A stretch of DNA of 32,000 bases from Candidatus Saccharimonas aalborgensis. Its GTDB lineage: Bacteria; Patescibacteriota; Saccharimonadia; Saccharimonadales; Saccharimonadaceae. Location: the NCBI RefSeq assembly GCF_000392435.1, contig NC_021219.1, forward strand, positions 600,001 to 632,000. The letters run 5' to 3'. Position numbers and translations under genes: made by a program. The notes under the pieces were generated by a model, which ran no database searches, was not told where the DNA came from, and worked only from the letters and a program-made list of their open reading frames with translations. Shown here in pieces: positions 15,263 through 23,201 of the stretch. The stretch's first letter is position 1; every line of letters starts with the position of its first letter.

Positions 15263-15291
15263 TTATAGCTCACTAACCCCTGTTTGTAAAG
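15263..15291 (-). promoter_or_regulatory. rpsT promoter
   Basis: On the minus strand: TTTACA (15291-15286), 17-nt spacer, TATAAT (15268-15263). Confidence 0.6.
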
Positions 15292-15303
15292 GGTATGAAA
15301 TGA

Positions 15304-15333
15304 TTGACGGGAATAAACTACTTATGGTATAGT
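15304..15333 (+). promoter_or_regulatory. promoter of the DHH-like gene
   Basis: TTGACG (15304-15309), 18-nt spacer ending in TGg, TATAGT (15328-15333). Confidence 0.5.
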
Positions 15334-15379
15334 GAGGCTGAACTTCTGAAAAAAATAGAAATAGTAGGAATACCAACAG

Positions 15380-17155
15380 ATGGCAGACACCGGCATTAAG
15401 CAGCAAATTGTCGACAAAATAAAAGACAGTAGCAATATTTTAGTGACAGTCAATAGCAACCCATCGGTTGATGAGCTTAGTGCAGCACTTGGTATTACGT
15501 TACTGATAAACAAGCTAAACAAACACGCCACTGCGGTGTTTAGCGGTGCTATCCCGCCAGCCATCTCGTTTCTTGATCCGGAAAAAACGTTTGAGAGTAC
15601 TGTCGATAGTTTGCGAGACTTTATCATTGCGCTCGACAAAGAAAAAGCCGACCATTTACGCTACAAAGTCGAGGGTGATGTCGTAAAGATATTTATCACG
15701 CCGTACCGAACAACTATCAGCAAAGATGATCTCGATTTCAGCCAGGGTGACTATAACGTCGAATTCGTGTTAGCGGTGGGAGTAAAGAACGAAGAAGACC
15801 TCGACAAAGCACTTTCTGCGCATGGTCGCATCCTTCACGATGCCACAGTAGCGGTCATTGCTTTAGATGACAGCGATCAGAAACTAGGAGGTCTTAATTG
15901 GATCAACCGTGATGCGAGCAGTTTCTCTGAGATGCTTGCTGAACTTAGCGGGTCTCTTGGTGGCGACAAAAAACTCATTGATGAGCAAATTGCCACGGCA
16001 TTTTTGACCGGAATCGTTGCGGCGACAGATCGCTTCAGCAATAACAAGACTACATCAAAGGTGATGACAGAGGCCGCGCAGTTGATGGCGGCAGGTGCGA
16101 ATCAACAGCTCATTGCCACGAAACTCGAGGAAGCTCACGAGATAGCGGTCGAGGCACCTGATTCGTCTTCAGTCGAAGATAACCAGAAGAAAGGTGATAA
16201 AGACGGCTCTTCAAAGGAGGCTCCGCCACAAACAGAAAAACCGGCAGATGGCTCGCTCTCAATATCGCATGAGATGCAGGGAGATATTCAAGAGGTAACT
16301 GATCAAGCAGTAGCCAAAGAGCAGGAAAGTGCAGCAAATAAGGCAGAGGCTGAACTTGCAAAACAGACACAAGAAGTCCAGCAGACTCAGCAGCAACAAG
16401 CTGCCGAGGAGGCGGAGCAAAAGCTTGCCGAAGAGCTCGCACAAACTGTGCCAGCCGCGGCACCTGTGCCTGTCGTCAACGCCGAAAGTCTAGCTGCATC
16501 TACCGCGCCAGTTGAGCCGCAACCGCTCAGAGGTGCAGTCAGCACTGATCAATGGCGTTCTCCTTCAAAGGAGCTTGCCGAACCGCTTATGGGCGGTACC
16601 TTAAATGCGACGACCGAACAAGCCGCCATCGATAAGCAACGTGAGCTTGATGACGACCGTAATCGAACAATTCTAAGTCACAACTCAAGTACCTACGCAA
16701 CCGCACCACCAATGTTCCAAGCACCACTCAATGCAGTCGCTCAGGAGGCGGCGTTGCCATCGGAACCTGCAACGGCCGACATCTTCTCGACAGGTGGACT
16801 TACTTCGCATGCTTCTATGATTGAGCCGCCCGCACCTGAAGCATCGGCGCCAACGCTGGCTGAGATTGATGCTCAGAATCGCGCCGATCACGAAGATGCT
16901 GTCAACGCCGTTAATTTTGCGCTAGGCACGGAGATGGCGACGGCACCCGCACCGGCTCTGCCTTCACCTTCGTTACCACCCTTACCGCCGATGCCGGACT
17001 TTTCGACGCTACCACCCTTACCGCCGACACCGAGTGTTAATTTCGGTGCAACGGTTCCTGATCAGCTTGGTGCCGTCTTACCACCAGTTGATCCAGCGAT
17101 CTCACCGGCACCCGCTCAGGCCGATCCCGCCCAATTCAAAATCCCTGGACGGTAG
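15380..17155 (+). CDS. degenerate DHH/NrnA-like domain protein with a ~340-aa disordered Glu/Gln/Ala/Pro-rich C-terminal region
   Basis: The N-terminal ~250 aa align by eye to the NrnA layout, but the catalytic motifs are replaced. H..PDGD becomes NSNPSVD. DHH becomes LDDS (VAVIALDDSDQKLG). GGGH/DTG-type motifs become TGIVAATDRFSN. The C-terminus is low-complexity and ends with repeated LPPLPP(M/T)P. Confidence 0.5.
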   Translation: MADTGIKQQIVDKIKDSSNILVTVNSNPSVDELSAALGITLLINKLNKHATAVFSGAIPPAISFLDPEKTFESTVDSLRDFIIALDKEKADHLRYKVEGDVVKIFITPYRTTISKDDLDFSQGDYNVEFVLAVGVKNEEDLDKALSAHGRILHDATVAVIALDDSDQKLGGLNWINRDASSFSEMLAELSGSLGGDKKLIDEQIATAFLTGIVAATDRFSNNKTTSKVMTEAAQLMAAGANQQLIATKLEEAHEIAVEAPDSSSVEDNQKKGDKDGSSKEAPPQTEKPADGSLSISHEMQGDIQEVTDQAVAKEQESAANKAEAELAKQTQEVQQTQQQQAAEEAEQKLAEELAQTVPAAAPVPVVNAESLAASTAPVEPQPLRGAVSTDQWRSPSKELAEPLMGGTLNATTEQAAIDKQRELDDDRNRTILSHNSSTYATAPPMFQAPLNAVAQEAALPSEPATADIFSTGGLTSHASMIEPPAPEASAPTLAEIDAQNRADHEDAVNAVNFALGTEMATAPAPALPSPSLPPLPPMPDFSTLPPLPPTPSVNFGATVPDQLGAVLPPVDPAISPAPAQADPAQFKIPGR

Positions 17156-17176
17156 CAGTAGCGTACAATACATAGT

Positions 17177-17845
17177 GTGGAAAACGATACGATACTGATC
17201 GATAAACCAGCCGGCATGACCAGTTTTGGTGTCGTTGCCCGAATTCGAAGAGTTCTTAGTAAGCGTGCAGGCAAAAAGGTGAAAGTGGGTCATACAGGCA
17301 CACTCGATCCATTTGCAACGGGGTTGATGATCTTGGTGACCGGCAAAGAGTGTCGTAACGCCATGCACTATACCAAGCTCGACAAAGTGTACGAAGCAAC
17401 ATTTGTATTGGGACAGGTTAGCACGACGGGTGATCCAGAGGGTGAAATAACTCTCTCTGAGCAAGAAGTGACTGCTGCGCCCCCACGAGCAACAGTTCAA
17501 GAGGTGTTAGAGCAATTCACTGGTGAGATCCGTCAGCGGCCGCCGATCTTTAGTGCTGTCAAAATTGGTGGTCAGCGTGCCTACAAACTAGCACGTGGCG
17601 GCAAAGAAGTCGAGATGCCGGAGCGCACCGTGACTATCTATTCGCTTGATATACTCGATTATCACTACCCAGAGTTAAAGATACGTACCCACGTTAGTAG
17701 CGGCACATACATTCGTAGCCTGGCTGTCGACATCGGCGAGGCGCTTGGTACTGGCGCGTATTGCCAGCGGCTTCGGCGTAGTAGTATTGCCAAGTGGAAT
17801 GTCGCGGACGCACAGACGCTGGCCGATTTCGGCATCGACGACTAG
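17177..17845 (+). CDS. truB: tRNA pseudouridine(55) synthase
   Basis: GTG start. ILIDKPAGMTSF, KVGHTGTLDPFATGLMIL (catalytic Asp motif), PPIFSAVKIGGQRAY. Confidence 0.93.
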   Translation: MENDTILIDKPAGMTSFGVVARIRRVLSKRAGKKVKVGHTGTLDPFATGLMILVTGKECRNAMHYTKLDKVYEATFVLGQVSTTGDPEGEITLSEQEVTAAPPRATVQEVLEQFTGEIRQRPPIFSAVKIGGQRAYKLARGGKEVEMPERTVTIYSLDILDYHYPELKIRTHVSSGTYIRSLAVDIGEALGTGAYCQRLRRSSIAKWNVADAQTLADFGIDD

Positions 17846-17874
17846 CATAAGAAGTTTGCTATACTACATCCATA

Positions 17875-18255
17875 ATGACCGTCTCACAAAAGCGCAAATT
17901 ACGGCGATTTTTGTTCATAAAAGAAATGATAATGACCGTACTTGTAGTCGGTAGCTTCGTCTTTTTGGCGCTCGAACATTTTGAACAACTTACGGACTCG
18001 CAGCTTGCTAGGGTAGAAGTGTACGAAATAACGGTCGCCTTCATCTTTCTGGCGGAGTTTTTGTTTGAGTGGTACTATGCCCGCGACCGCCGGAGATACC
18101 TCCGGACACACTGGTTTTATCTCATCGCGGCTGTACCGGTGCCAACGGCCACGTTTGAGTTGCTCAAGGGTATTCGCCTTCTGAGACTTCTCAAGTTGCT
18201 CAAAATCTTTGCTGCCTATCGCTACGAGCACAACACCCGTTTGTTCTCCAGATGA
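17875..18255 (+). CDS. stand-alone voltage-sensor-like (S1-S4) membrane protein; no pore domain
   Basis: 126 aa. Hydrophobic S1 (VLVVGSFVFLALEHF). S2 with acidic residues (ITVAFIFLAEFLFEWYYARDRRRY). S3 (HWFYLIAAVPVP). S4 with a positive charge at every third residue (LKGIRLLRLLKLLKIF). The stop follows immediately. The extended -10 TGcTATACT (17857-17865) sits 9 nt before the ATG. Confidence 0.6.
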   Translation: MTVSQKRKLRRFLFIKEMIMTVLVVGSFVFLALEHFEQLTDSQLARVEVYEITVAFIFLAEFLFEWYYARDRRRYLRTHWFYLIAAVPVPTATFELLKGIRLLRLLKLLKIFAAYRYEHNTRLFSR

Positions 18256-18269
18256 GAGAAGGCTGAAAA

Positions 18270-18298
18270 TTGACTTATTGCCGCAAGTATGATAATAT
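18270..18298 (+). promoter_or_regulatory. promoter of the 18328 ORF
   Basis: TTGACT (18270-18275), 17-nt spacer ending in TGa, TAATAT (18293-18298). An A-rich leader without SD precedes ATG 18328. Confidence 0.5.
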
Positions 18299-18327
18299 AT
18301 AGGTATACACGATAGAAAAATAAAAAA

Positions 18328-18747
18328 ATGAAGAATACTCGCTCAGTACCAGGTGAAAAGCCGACCTCAGATGAAGTTGACGCCTCAATTGCTGCGCTAG
18401 AATCTTTGCTTGATCGCGCCTTCTGTAGCGAGGATGAGCTGCGGATGATGTCACATGATCAACGAATTGCAGCTAGCGATGCGAGATTGTATGTCGTTGG
18501 TCTCTTTGATAAGGTTAATCGACTCGACCTAGAAGGTAATTGCAATACAAACGACAAGTCTGCTAGTGACGAGACGGAGGATGATGAGTTTTATGCCATA
18601 GTACCCTCACCGCGACCTTCAATCGATAGACCTCGACAGATTGCATGGGCATTGCAGCGCGGTATCTTGATGAACTTACACGTGCTAACCAACACAAAGC
18701 GGTGTGGGATTTTGATAATCAGCGCAAGCAGGTGGTTGAGGAGCTAG
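18328..18747 (+). CDS. acidic hypothetical protein; possibly the N-terminal part of the following gene (frame change near 18630-18650)
   Basis: 139-aa ORF with no motif I recognise. Its last ~34 aa (AWALQRGILMNLHVLTNTKRCGILIISASRWLRS) overlap the next ORF and look non-native. The next ORF's ATG has no SD. Confidence 0.4.
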   Translation: MKNTRSVPGEKPTSDEVDASIAALESLLDRAFCSEDELRMMSHDQRIAASDARLYVVGLFDKVNRLDLEGNCNTNDKSASDETEDDEFYAIVPSPRPSIDRPRQIAWALQRGILMNLHVLTNTKRCGILIISASRWLRS

Positions 18748-19898
18748 CCCAGTCACTGCGCGCGTCAATACCAAACCGAGATACGGCTCACGATTTCTTA
18801 GGCGCCCTTGAGGAACTGTCCCAAAACCATACATTCCGCGATACGAGCGGTCGGATACTGTCAGCAAATTTTGGGTATCTTGATCAGTTATTGGACGAAA
18901 AAGGCAAGGAAAAGTATTGGCAAATCGTGATGCAGCCCGAAGTATTCAAGACGGTCGGTAACGTATTTGAAAATGCAAACTGGACGAGGGACTGGAGGAG
19001 TGAGGAAAATGGATTTATCTTTCTCCATAACTTTTTAGCGAGGCTTGGTATCAAAGAAGTAGATGAGGTCGTGCGGACGGTCAATGAAGACTCGACAGAT
19101 CTCATGCTTTGTCTCTCTGGCCTTGAGCAAGAACGACCCGGTGCGATCCAGGTACTGCATTCATTTTATGGCATTCGAAACTTTGGTCGGTGGGGCAAAG
19201 AGTTCTTAACTGAGCAGTATGATTGTCATGGGGACACCACGAAGCCCTACGGCCTCCTTATTACTGCACTTGATGACCGGGGCGATGACGGAAAAGAAGC
19301 ATTTCGAAAAGATGGTGGCAGGGGAAAGACTCATTCACTTGATAAGCATTTCGTAAGGGCGATAGAAGTAGCATCGGCACCAGAGTTGGTGCAGAGGCTT
19401 AATTTGCTCAAAGATATGTATGGGCATGAGCACCAGATTGATTTCTGTGTTTTGACAGGTCATGGTGCATCTGAGTCAATCTGTCTCAGCGCAATTGGCG
19501 ACAAACTTGGTTCACTGGCAGTAGGCCAGGATTTTTCGCGTCTTTACAGATGGTTTTCGCCCGATGCGACGATTGTTTTGCAGTCTTGTTCGACTGGTGC
19601 TCAGGGCGGCCTTGCTCAGACTATCTCACGTCAATCAGGTTTGCGTGTGATTGCGCCGCCTGTCTCTGCGGGCTGCACGATGTATTATCGTTACGAGGGT
19701 GATAGGGTGATTGCAGAACCAGATTATCGTATTGCGGTAAATGAAACGAATGAGCTAGGAAGTTTTGACTATGTACAACCGGCTATGTATATAGCTGGAG
19801 AGTTAGTCGACCCAACATCAGGAGAATATACATCCTATTTTAAGGGGCTTGCAGAGCATCGAGCGGAGTCTCCCGATCGCAAAGGAAATGTTTGGTGA
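18645..19898 (+). CDS. His/Cys-dyad protein, clan-CD protease-like (CHAT / DUF4347 / caspase-fold-like) C-terminal domain
   Basis: A beta-strand followed by GHG (IDFCVLTGHGASES, His codon 19461-19463). 42 residues later a beta-strand followed by QSCSTG (ATIVLQSCSTGAQGG, Cys codon 19587-19589), then GLRVIAPPVSAG. This spacing and context are typical of caspase/CHAT/C80/DUF4347 folds. The N-terminal half is helical and unknown. Confidence 0.45.
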   Translation: MGIAARYLDELTRANQHKAVWDFDNQRKQVVEELAQSLRASIPNRDTAHDFLGALEELSQNHTFRDTSGRILSANFGYLDQLLDEKGKEKYWQIVMQPEVFKTVGNVFENANWTRDWRSEENGFIFLHNFLARLGIKEVDEVVRTVNEDSTDLMLCLSGLEQERPGAIQVLHSFYGIRNFGRWGKEFLTEQYDCHGDTTKPYGLLITALDDRGDDGKEAFRKDGGRGKTHSLDKHFVRAIEVASAPELVQRLNLLKDMYGHEHQIDFCVLTGHGASESICLSAIGDKLGSLAVGQDFSRLYRWFSPDATIVLQSCSTGAQGGLAQTISRQSGLRVIAPPVSAGCTMYYRYEGDRVIAEPDYRIAVNETNELGSFDYVQPAMYIAGELVDPTSGEYTSYFKGLAEHRAESPDRKGNVW

Positions 19899-19907
19899 CG
19901 AGGCTGT

Positions 19908-19936
19908 TTGACACTAGAGTATCTATCTGTTACAAT
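19908..19936 (+). promoter_or_regulatory. rpsO promoter, leaderless-type geometry
   Basis: TTGACA (19908-19913), 17-nt spacer, TACAAT (19931-19936). ATG 19945 lies 8 nt downstream and there is no SD. Confidence 0.6.
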
Positions 19937-19944
19937 CATCAGTC

Positions 19945-20211
19945 ATGATATCAAAGGACGATAAAGCAAAAGCGATAGCTTTGACTCAGGTCAACAAAAG
20001 CGACGTCGGTAGCCCACAGGCACAGATTTCGATTTTGACGGCTCGTATCAAAGAGGTGACTGAGCATCTAAAGGTCAACAAGCACGACAATATGGCGCGC
20101 CGCGGACTGATTCAGATGGTGGGGAGGCGTAAAAGGCTCCTCAAATACCTTGAAAGTACGGACTTTGAGGCCTACAAGGCAACGCTTGACAAACTAGGGC
20201 TTCGCAAATAA
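19945..20211 (+). CDS. rpsO: 30S ribosomal protein S15
   Basis: 88 aa. GSPQAQISILTARIKEVTEHLKVNKHDNMARRGLIQMVGRRKRLLKYL is the S15 signature region. Confidence 0.95.
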   Translation: MISKDDKAKAIALTQVNKSDVGSPQAQISILTARIKEVTEHLKVNKHDNMARRGLIQMVGRRKRLLKYLESTDFEAYKATLDKLGLRK

Positions 20212-20222
20212 GCCCGCAACCG

Positions 20223-20254
20223 CTCCCTTCCGCTACATGAGGGGAGTTTTTGTT
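20223..20254 (+). terminator. rho-independent terminator after rpsO
   Basis: Stem CTCCCTT (20223-20229) pairs with AGGGGAG (20240-20246), with one G-U pair. The loop is 10 nt, followed by TTTTTGTT. Confidence 0.55.
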
Positions 20255-20259
20255 ATACT

Positions 20260-20874
20260 ATGCCTATGACTAGAGTAGATACGATAAAGAGTGTTGTCTT
20301 TGCAACTGGCAATCACGGAAAAGCAAAGACGCTCGAGCGCTACCTAAAACATCACAATATAATGGTGCGAGTCGTTCCCAGATCACTCGATATCATAGAA
20401 CCGCAAGCCGATACAGCCGAGGAAATTGCCCTCATGAAGGGTCGGCAGGCGTACCAGCAGGTGCATGGTCCGGTACTTGTCGATGACAGTTCGTTTCATA
20501 TCGATGCCCTCGGTGGATTTCCCGGTCCCTACATCAAATACATGCTGACCACCATCGGTATCGACGGCATTATGGCGTTTATGGAGGGTCAGACAAATAG
20601 GAAGGCACATTTCCTGAGTTGCCTCGTCTATATTGACGAGAAGGGCAACGAGCATATATTTACCGATGAGCCATTTCGTGGCAGCATAGCTGAGCGGGCC
20701 GATACGTATGTACATCCGGAAGAATGGAGTCCATTGTGGCGGATATTTATCCCCGAGGGTCTGGACAAAACTCTCTCGCAGCTTAGTGCCAGCGAACGCA
20801 TGCTCACTTCTGTGAAGCGTGAAGAAAATGATGCGTACGCGAAGTTCTGTGGTTGGCTGAAAAGCTCACAATAA
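20260..20874 (+). CDS. non-canonical purine NTP pyrophosphatase (ITPase, Ham1/ITPA type)
   Basis: VVFATGNHGKAKTLERYL, EPQADTAEEIALMKGRQAY, VLVDDSSFHIDALGGFPGPYIKYM. The extended -10 TGtTATACT (20251-20259) abuts ATG 20260. The in-frame ATG 20266, 6 nt after the -10 box, may be the real leaderless start. Confidence 0.85.
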   Translation: MPMTRVDTIKSVVFATGNHGKAKTLERYLKHHNIMVRVVPRSLDIIEPQADTAEEIALMKGRQAYQQVHGPVLVDDSSFHIDALGGFPGPYIKYMLTTIGIDGIMAFMEGQTNRKAHFLSCLVYIDEKGNEHIFTDEPFRGSIAERADTYVHPEEWSPLWRIFIPEGLDKTLSQLSASERMLTSVKREENDAYAKFCGWLKSSQ

Positions 20875-20915
20875 GCGACTGCCATCAGGGGTTTGTCGGA
20901 CAGCAAAAGAAGCTA

Positions 20916-20944
20916 TTGCAAAATGTCTCATATCTTGGTATAAT
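20916..20944 (+). promoter_or_regulatory. strong orphan promoter
   Basis: TTGCAA (20916-20921), 17-nt spacer ending in TGg, TATAAT (20939-20944). Only a 33-codon ORF (20958..21059) follows. Confidence 0.5.
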
Positions 20945-21120
20945 AACCAAAAGAATCATGAATTCACTAGATCAAACAGGTGGGAATTCAGAACAACTTG
21001 ACGGTATCACCAACCTTTCTCGCCGCGGCGACGAAGTGATCGAGTATATATTTACGTAGTACGATACGTTTTACCTAGGTTGTATTCCATAATTGCTAAT
21101 AAATAATAAGGGCCGTCAAT

Positions 21121-21627
21121 TTGCCACTCATTGGCACCACAACACCAGGGCATGTCGATAATGGGACCTTTATCGCTGACAGAAGTGTCAGGATATACAA
21201 CAGCACTAATGGCACTGGCACAATGGGGAAAGTATTGTTCTTCAATCTCGGCAACAATGATCTAACAACAGCTGAGGCAGTCTGGGCACTTAAATCGATC
21301 ATGAACCGACGAAGCACCTTAGGTTTACCTAATCTGCTATTTTACACTATGATTGGACCATTCTCGCATACAACTTCAAATAGTTATCCAAACTGTCAGA
21401 TATATGACCACATTGATCACTACGCCATTCATGACGCGCTTTTTAACTATGACCTTGGCATGCCAACACCAAGCTTTCAAGCTGCCGCCACGTGCGCAAC
21501 TGATCCAGACTACCAGGTTAATCCACGAACAGCGTGGGTTTCAAGTACTGCCTACGTTAATCCAGTAACCCTTCAGCGTGTTGGCTTCTTCCAGCGTGAC
21601 TATGGATGGATTGGAATGATTCCGTAG
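21121..21627 (+). CDS. hypothetical protein or possible gene remnant
   Basis: The 168-codon ORF needs TTG 21121, or ATG 21223 for a shorter product. No SD, no signal peptide and no motif I recognise. It lies in a low-coding region next to an IS. Confidence 0.3.
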   Translation: MPLIGTTTPGHVDNGTFIADRSVRIYNSTNGTGTMGKVLFFNLGNNDLTTAEAVWALKSIMNRRSTLGLPNLLFYTMIGPFSHTTSNSYPNCQIYDHIDHYAIHDALFNYDLGMPTPSFQAAATCATDPDYQVNPRTAWVSSTAYVNPVTLQRVGFFQRDYGWIGMIP

Positions 21628-22057
21628 GTAGCAGTGGAACATCAGGTATGGGGTGGTACGCAAACCCCAGTACTACGACCCAAATAAGTACCGGTTCTAT
21701 CAAGAACAATTCGCCTTTCATGAAATATCAAACATTCTGGCAGAGATTCGTTCGGTAAAGCTTTTCGTGCTATGACAACATGCACTCCTCTTCTACGGGG
21801 AGTGCATTGTATAAAGAATGCGTGATTTTGTAGATACATCTATAGTGGGTCAGTGGTATATTTTTCTATCCCTACAAAGCAGCTCCTTGCTGACTGAACC
21901 TCATCGAGACGAGCGAGAATATGTTGTTAAAACACTCAGCAGAAAAGCTCTAAGGATTCACAGATTATTCCATCCAGCAATTAACTAACCCACTAATTAT
22001 TTAAAAATAATTTTTTGTAAACATGGATCACCACTATCCGGGTAGGTAGTAGCTTAG

Positions 22058-22086
22058 TTGACAAAATTACTCTGGCATGATACTAT
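22058..22086 (+). promoter_or_regulatory. consensus-like promoter pointing into the IS30 element
   Basis: TTGACA (22058-22063), 17-nt spacer ending in TGa, TACTAT (22081-22086). The IS left end lies 18 nt downstream of the -10 box. Confidence 0.55.
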
Positions 22087-22103
22087 ACACATATAACAGG
22101 TAT

Positions 22104-23160
22104 CCTAAATTCACCCCCCAATCAGGACACTCCCTCTAGAATTAATCCTTTCTCTTTTGCAACTTGTAATGAACTTTTGTAGCCGAGGATCTTCCTCGGC
22201 TTGTTGTTGATGCGCGTGAGCGCCATGTCAACATCCGTTTGTGTCACTGTAGCAAAGTCGGTGCCCTTCGGGAAGTAGCGACGCAGCATCTTGTTGGTGT
22301 TCTCGACACTGCCTTTTTGCCAAGAGGAATAGGGGTCAGTAAAGAAGACGGGCGCGCCCGTCTTCTTAGTGACGAGTGCGTGGCGCCTGTTCTCGATGCC
22401 GTTATCAGTCGTCATACTGCGAACCCCCAGCCCACTCGCGAGTCGCGAGATGGTGTGTGCGTACGGCTCTGGCTTCAGGTTAGGTACGAGCTTCGCTCGT
22501 ACCAGTCGTGAAGACCGTTCGGTAAGGACAGCGAGTGCAGAGACGCTCCCTGGGTGCTTGCTGCTCACGACGCTGTCGTATTCACAGTGACCGGTCTCGG
22601 CTCGGTCTAGAGCGACCAGCGGTCGCTCTGTGACGGAAGTGCGGTCGGGAATCATGACGTGACCCGCCCTGAGTTGTCTGCGTGGTTTCTTGCGGTAACG
22701 CTTCGAGTACAGCAACGGGCAGTACTGTTGTCCCCAGGCACTGCGCAACCATTCATAGATGGCCGTCTTGCTGGCATAGATACCAAGCGCTGAGTTGGCT
22801 CTGAGATAGCCGGCTATCTCGTCTGGATTCCAGTGCTCAGAGAGTTTCAGGACGATGAACGAGCGAAGCTCGTCATTGTCTTGAATCTTCTTGCCTTGGT
22901 AGCGAGCATACTTACGCCGTACATAGGCTTTGTGTTTGGCGTGGGTAGCGACGTATCTCCCATCCTTGAGGCTATTGCGTTGCAGCTCGGTCGCAATGGT
23001 ATTGGGACTGCGCCCCAATGCACGGGCGATGGCCCGTGCAGAATAGCCTTTGGTATGGAGGATGTCTATCTCGCTCCGCTCGGCATCCGTTACCTTTGAT
23101 GCTTTCTTCATGGTGTGTATTGTCTAGCATCGGGTGTCCTGATTCAAAACGGAATGGAGG
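22104..23160 (-). mobile_element. IS30-family insertion sequence, 1057 bp, apparently intact
   Basis: Left end CCTAAATTCACCCCCCAATCAGGACAC (22104-22130). The reverse complement of 23134-23160 is CCTCCATTCCGTTTTGAATCAGGACAC. 18 of 27 positions are identical, including an 11-bp perfect core. TAT flanks both sides (22101-22103 and 23161-23163), a 3-bp target duplication. It encloses one DDE transposase ORF. Confidence 0.75.
22122..23111 (-). CDS. IS30-family DDE transposase
   Basis: 329 aa. N-terminal HTH (GYSARAIARALGRSPNTIATELQRN). DDE region (SMTTDNGIENRRH; FFTDPYSSWQKGSVENTNKMLRRYFPKGTDF). Confidence 0.93.
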   Translation of the reverse strand: MKKASKVTDAERSEIDILHTKGYSARAIARALGRSPNTIATELQRNSLKDGRYVATHAKHKAYVRRKYARYQGKKIQDNDELRSFIVLKLSEHWNPDEIAGYLRANSALGIYASKTAIYEWLRSAWGQQYCPLLYSKRYRKKPRRQLRAGHVMIPDRTSVTERPLVALDRAETGHCEYDSVVSSKHPGSVSALAVLTERSSRLVRAKLVPNLKPEPYAHTISRLASGLGVRSMTTDNGIENRRHALVTKKTGAPVFFTDPYSSWQKGSVENTNKMLRRYFPKGTDFATVTQTDVDMALTRINNKPRKILGYKSSLQVAKEKGLILEGVS

Positions 23161-23201
23161 TATACACTTGCTAAAATCAAAAAGTTATCAAAGGAAAAAC
23201 C

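Noticed and set aside
16974-17027. 18-bp direct repeat TACCACCCTTACCGCCGA occurring twice
   Set aside because: It lies inside the coding sequence and simply encodes the duplicated LPPLPP peptide of a low-complexity tail. It is not a separate element.
21780-21807. 11-bp-stem hairpin (ATGCACTCCTC / GGGGAGTGCAT) as a terminator or ncRNA
   Set aside because: No U-tract on either strand and no recognisable RNA family features. It is mentioned only as part of the decayed region.
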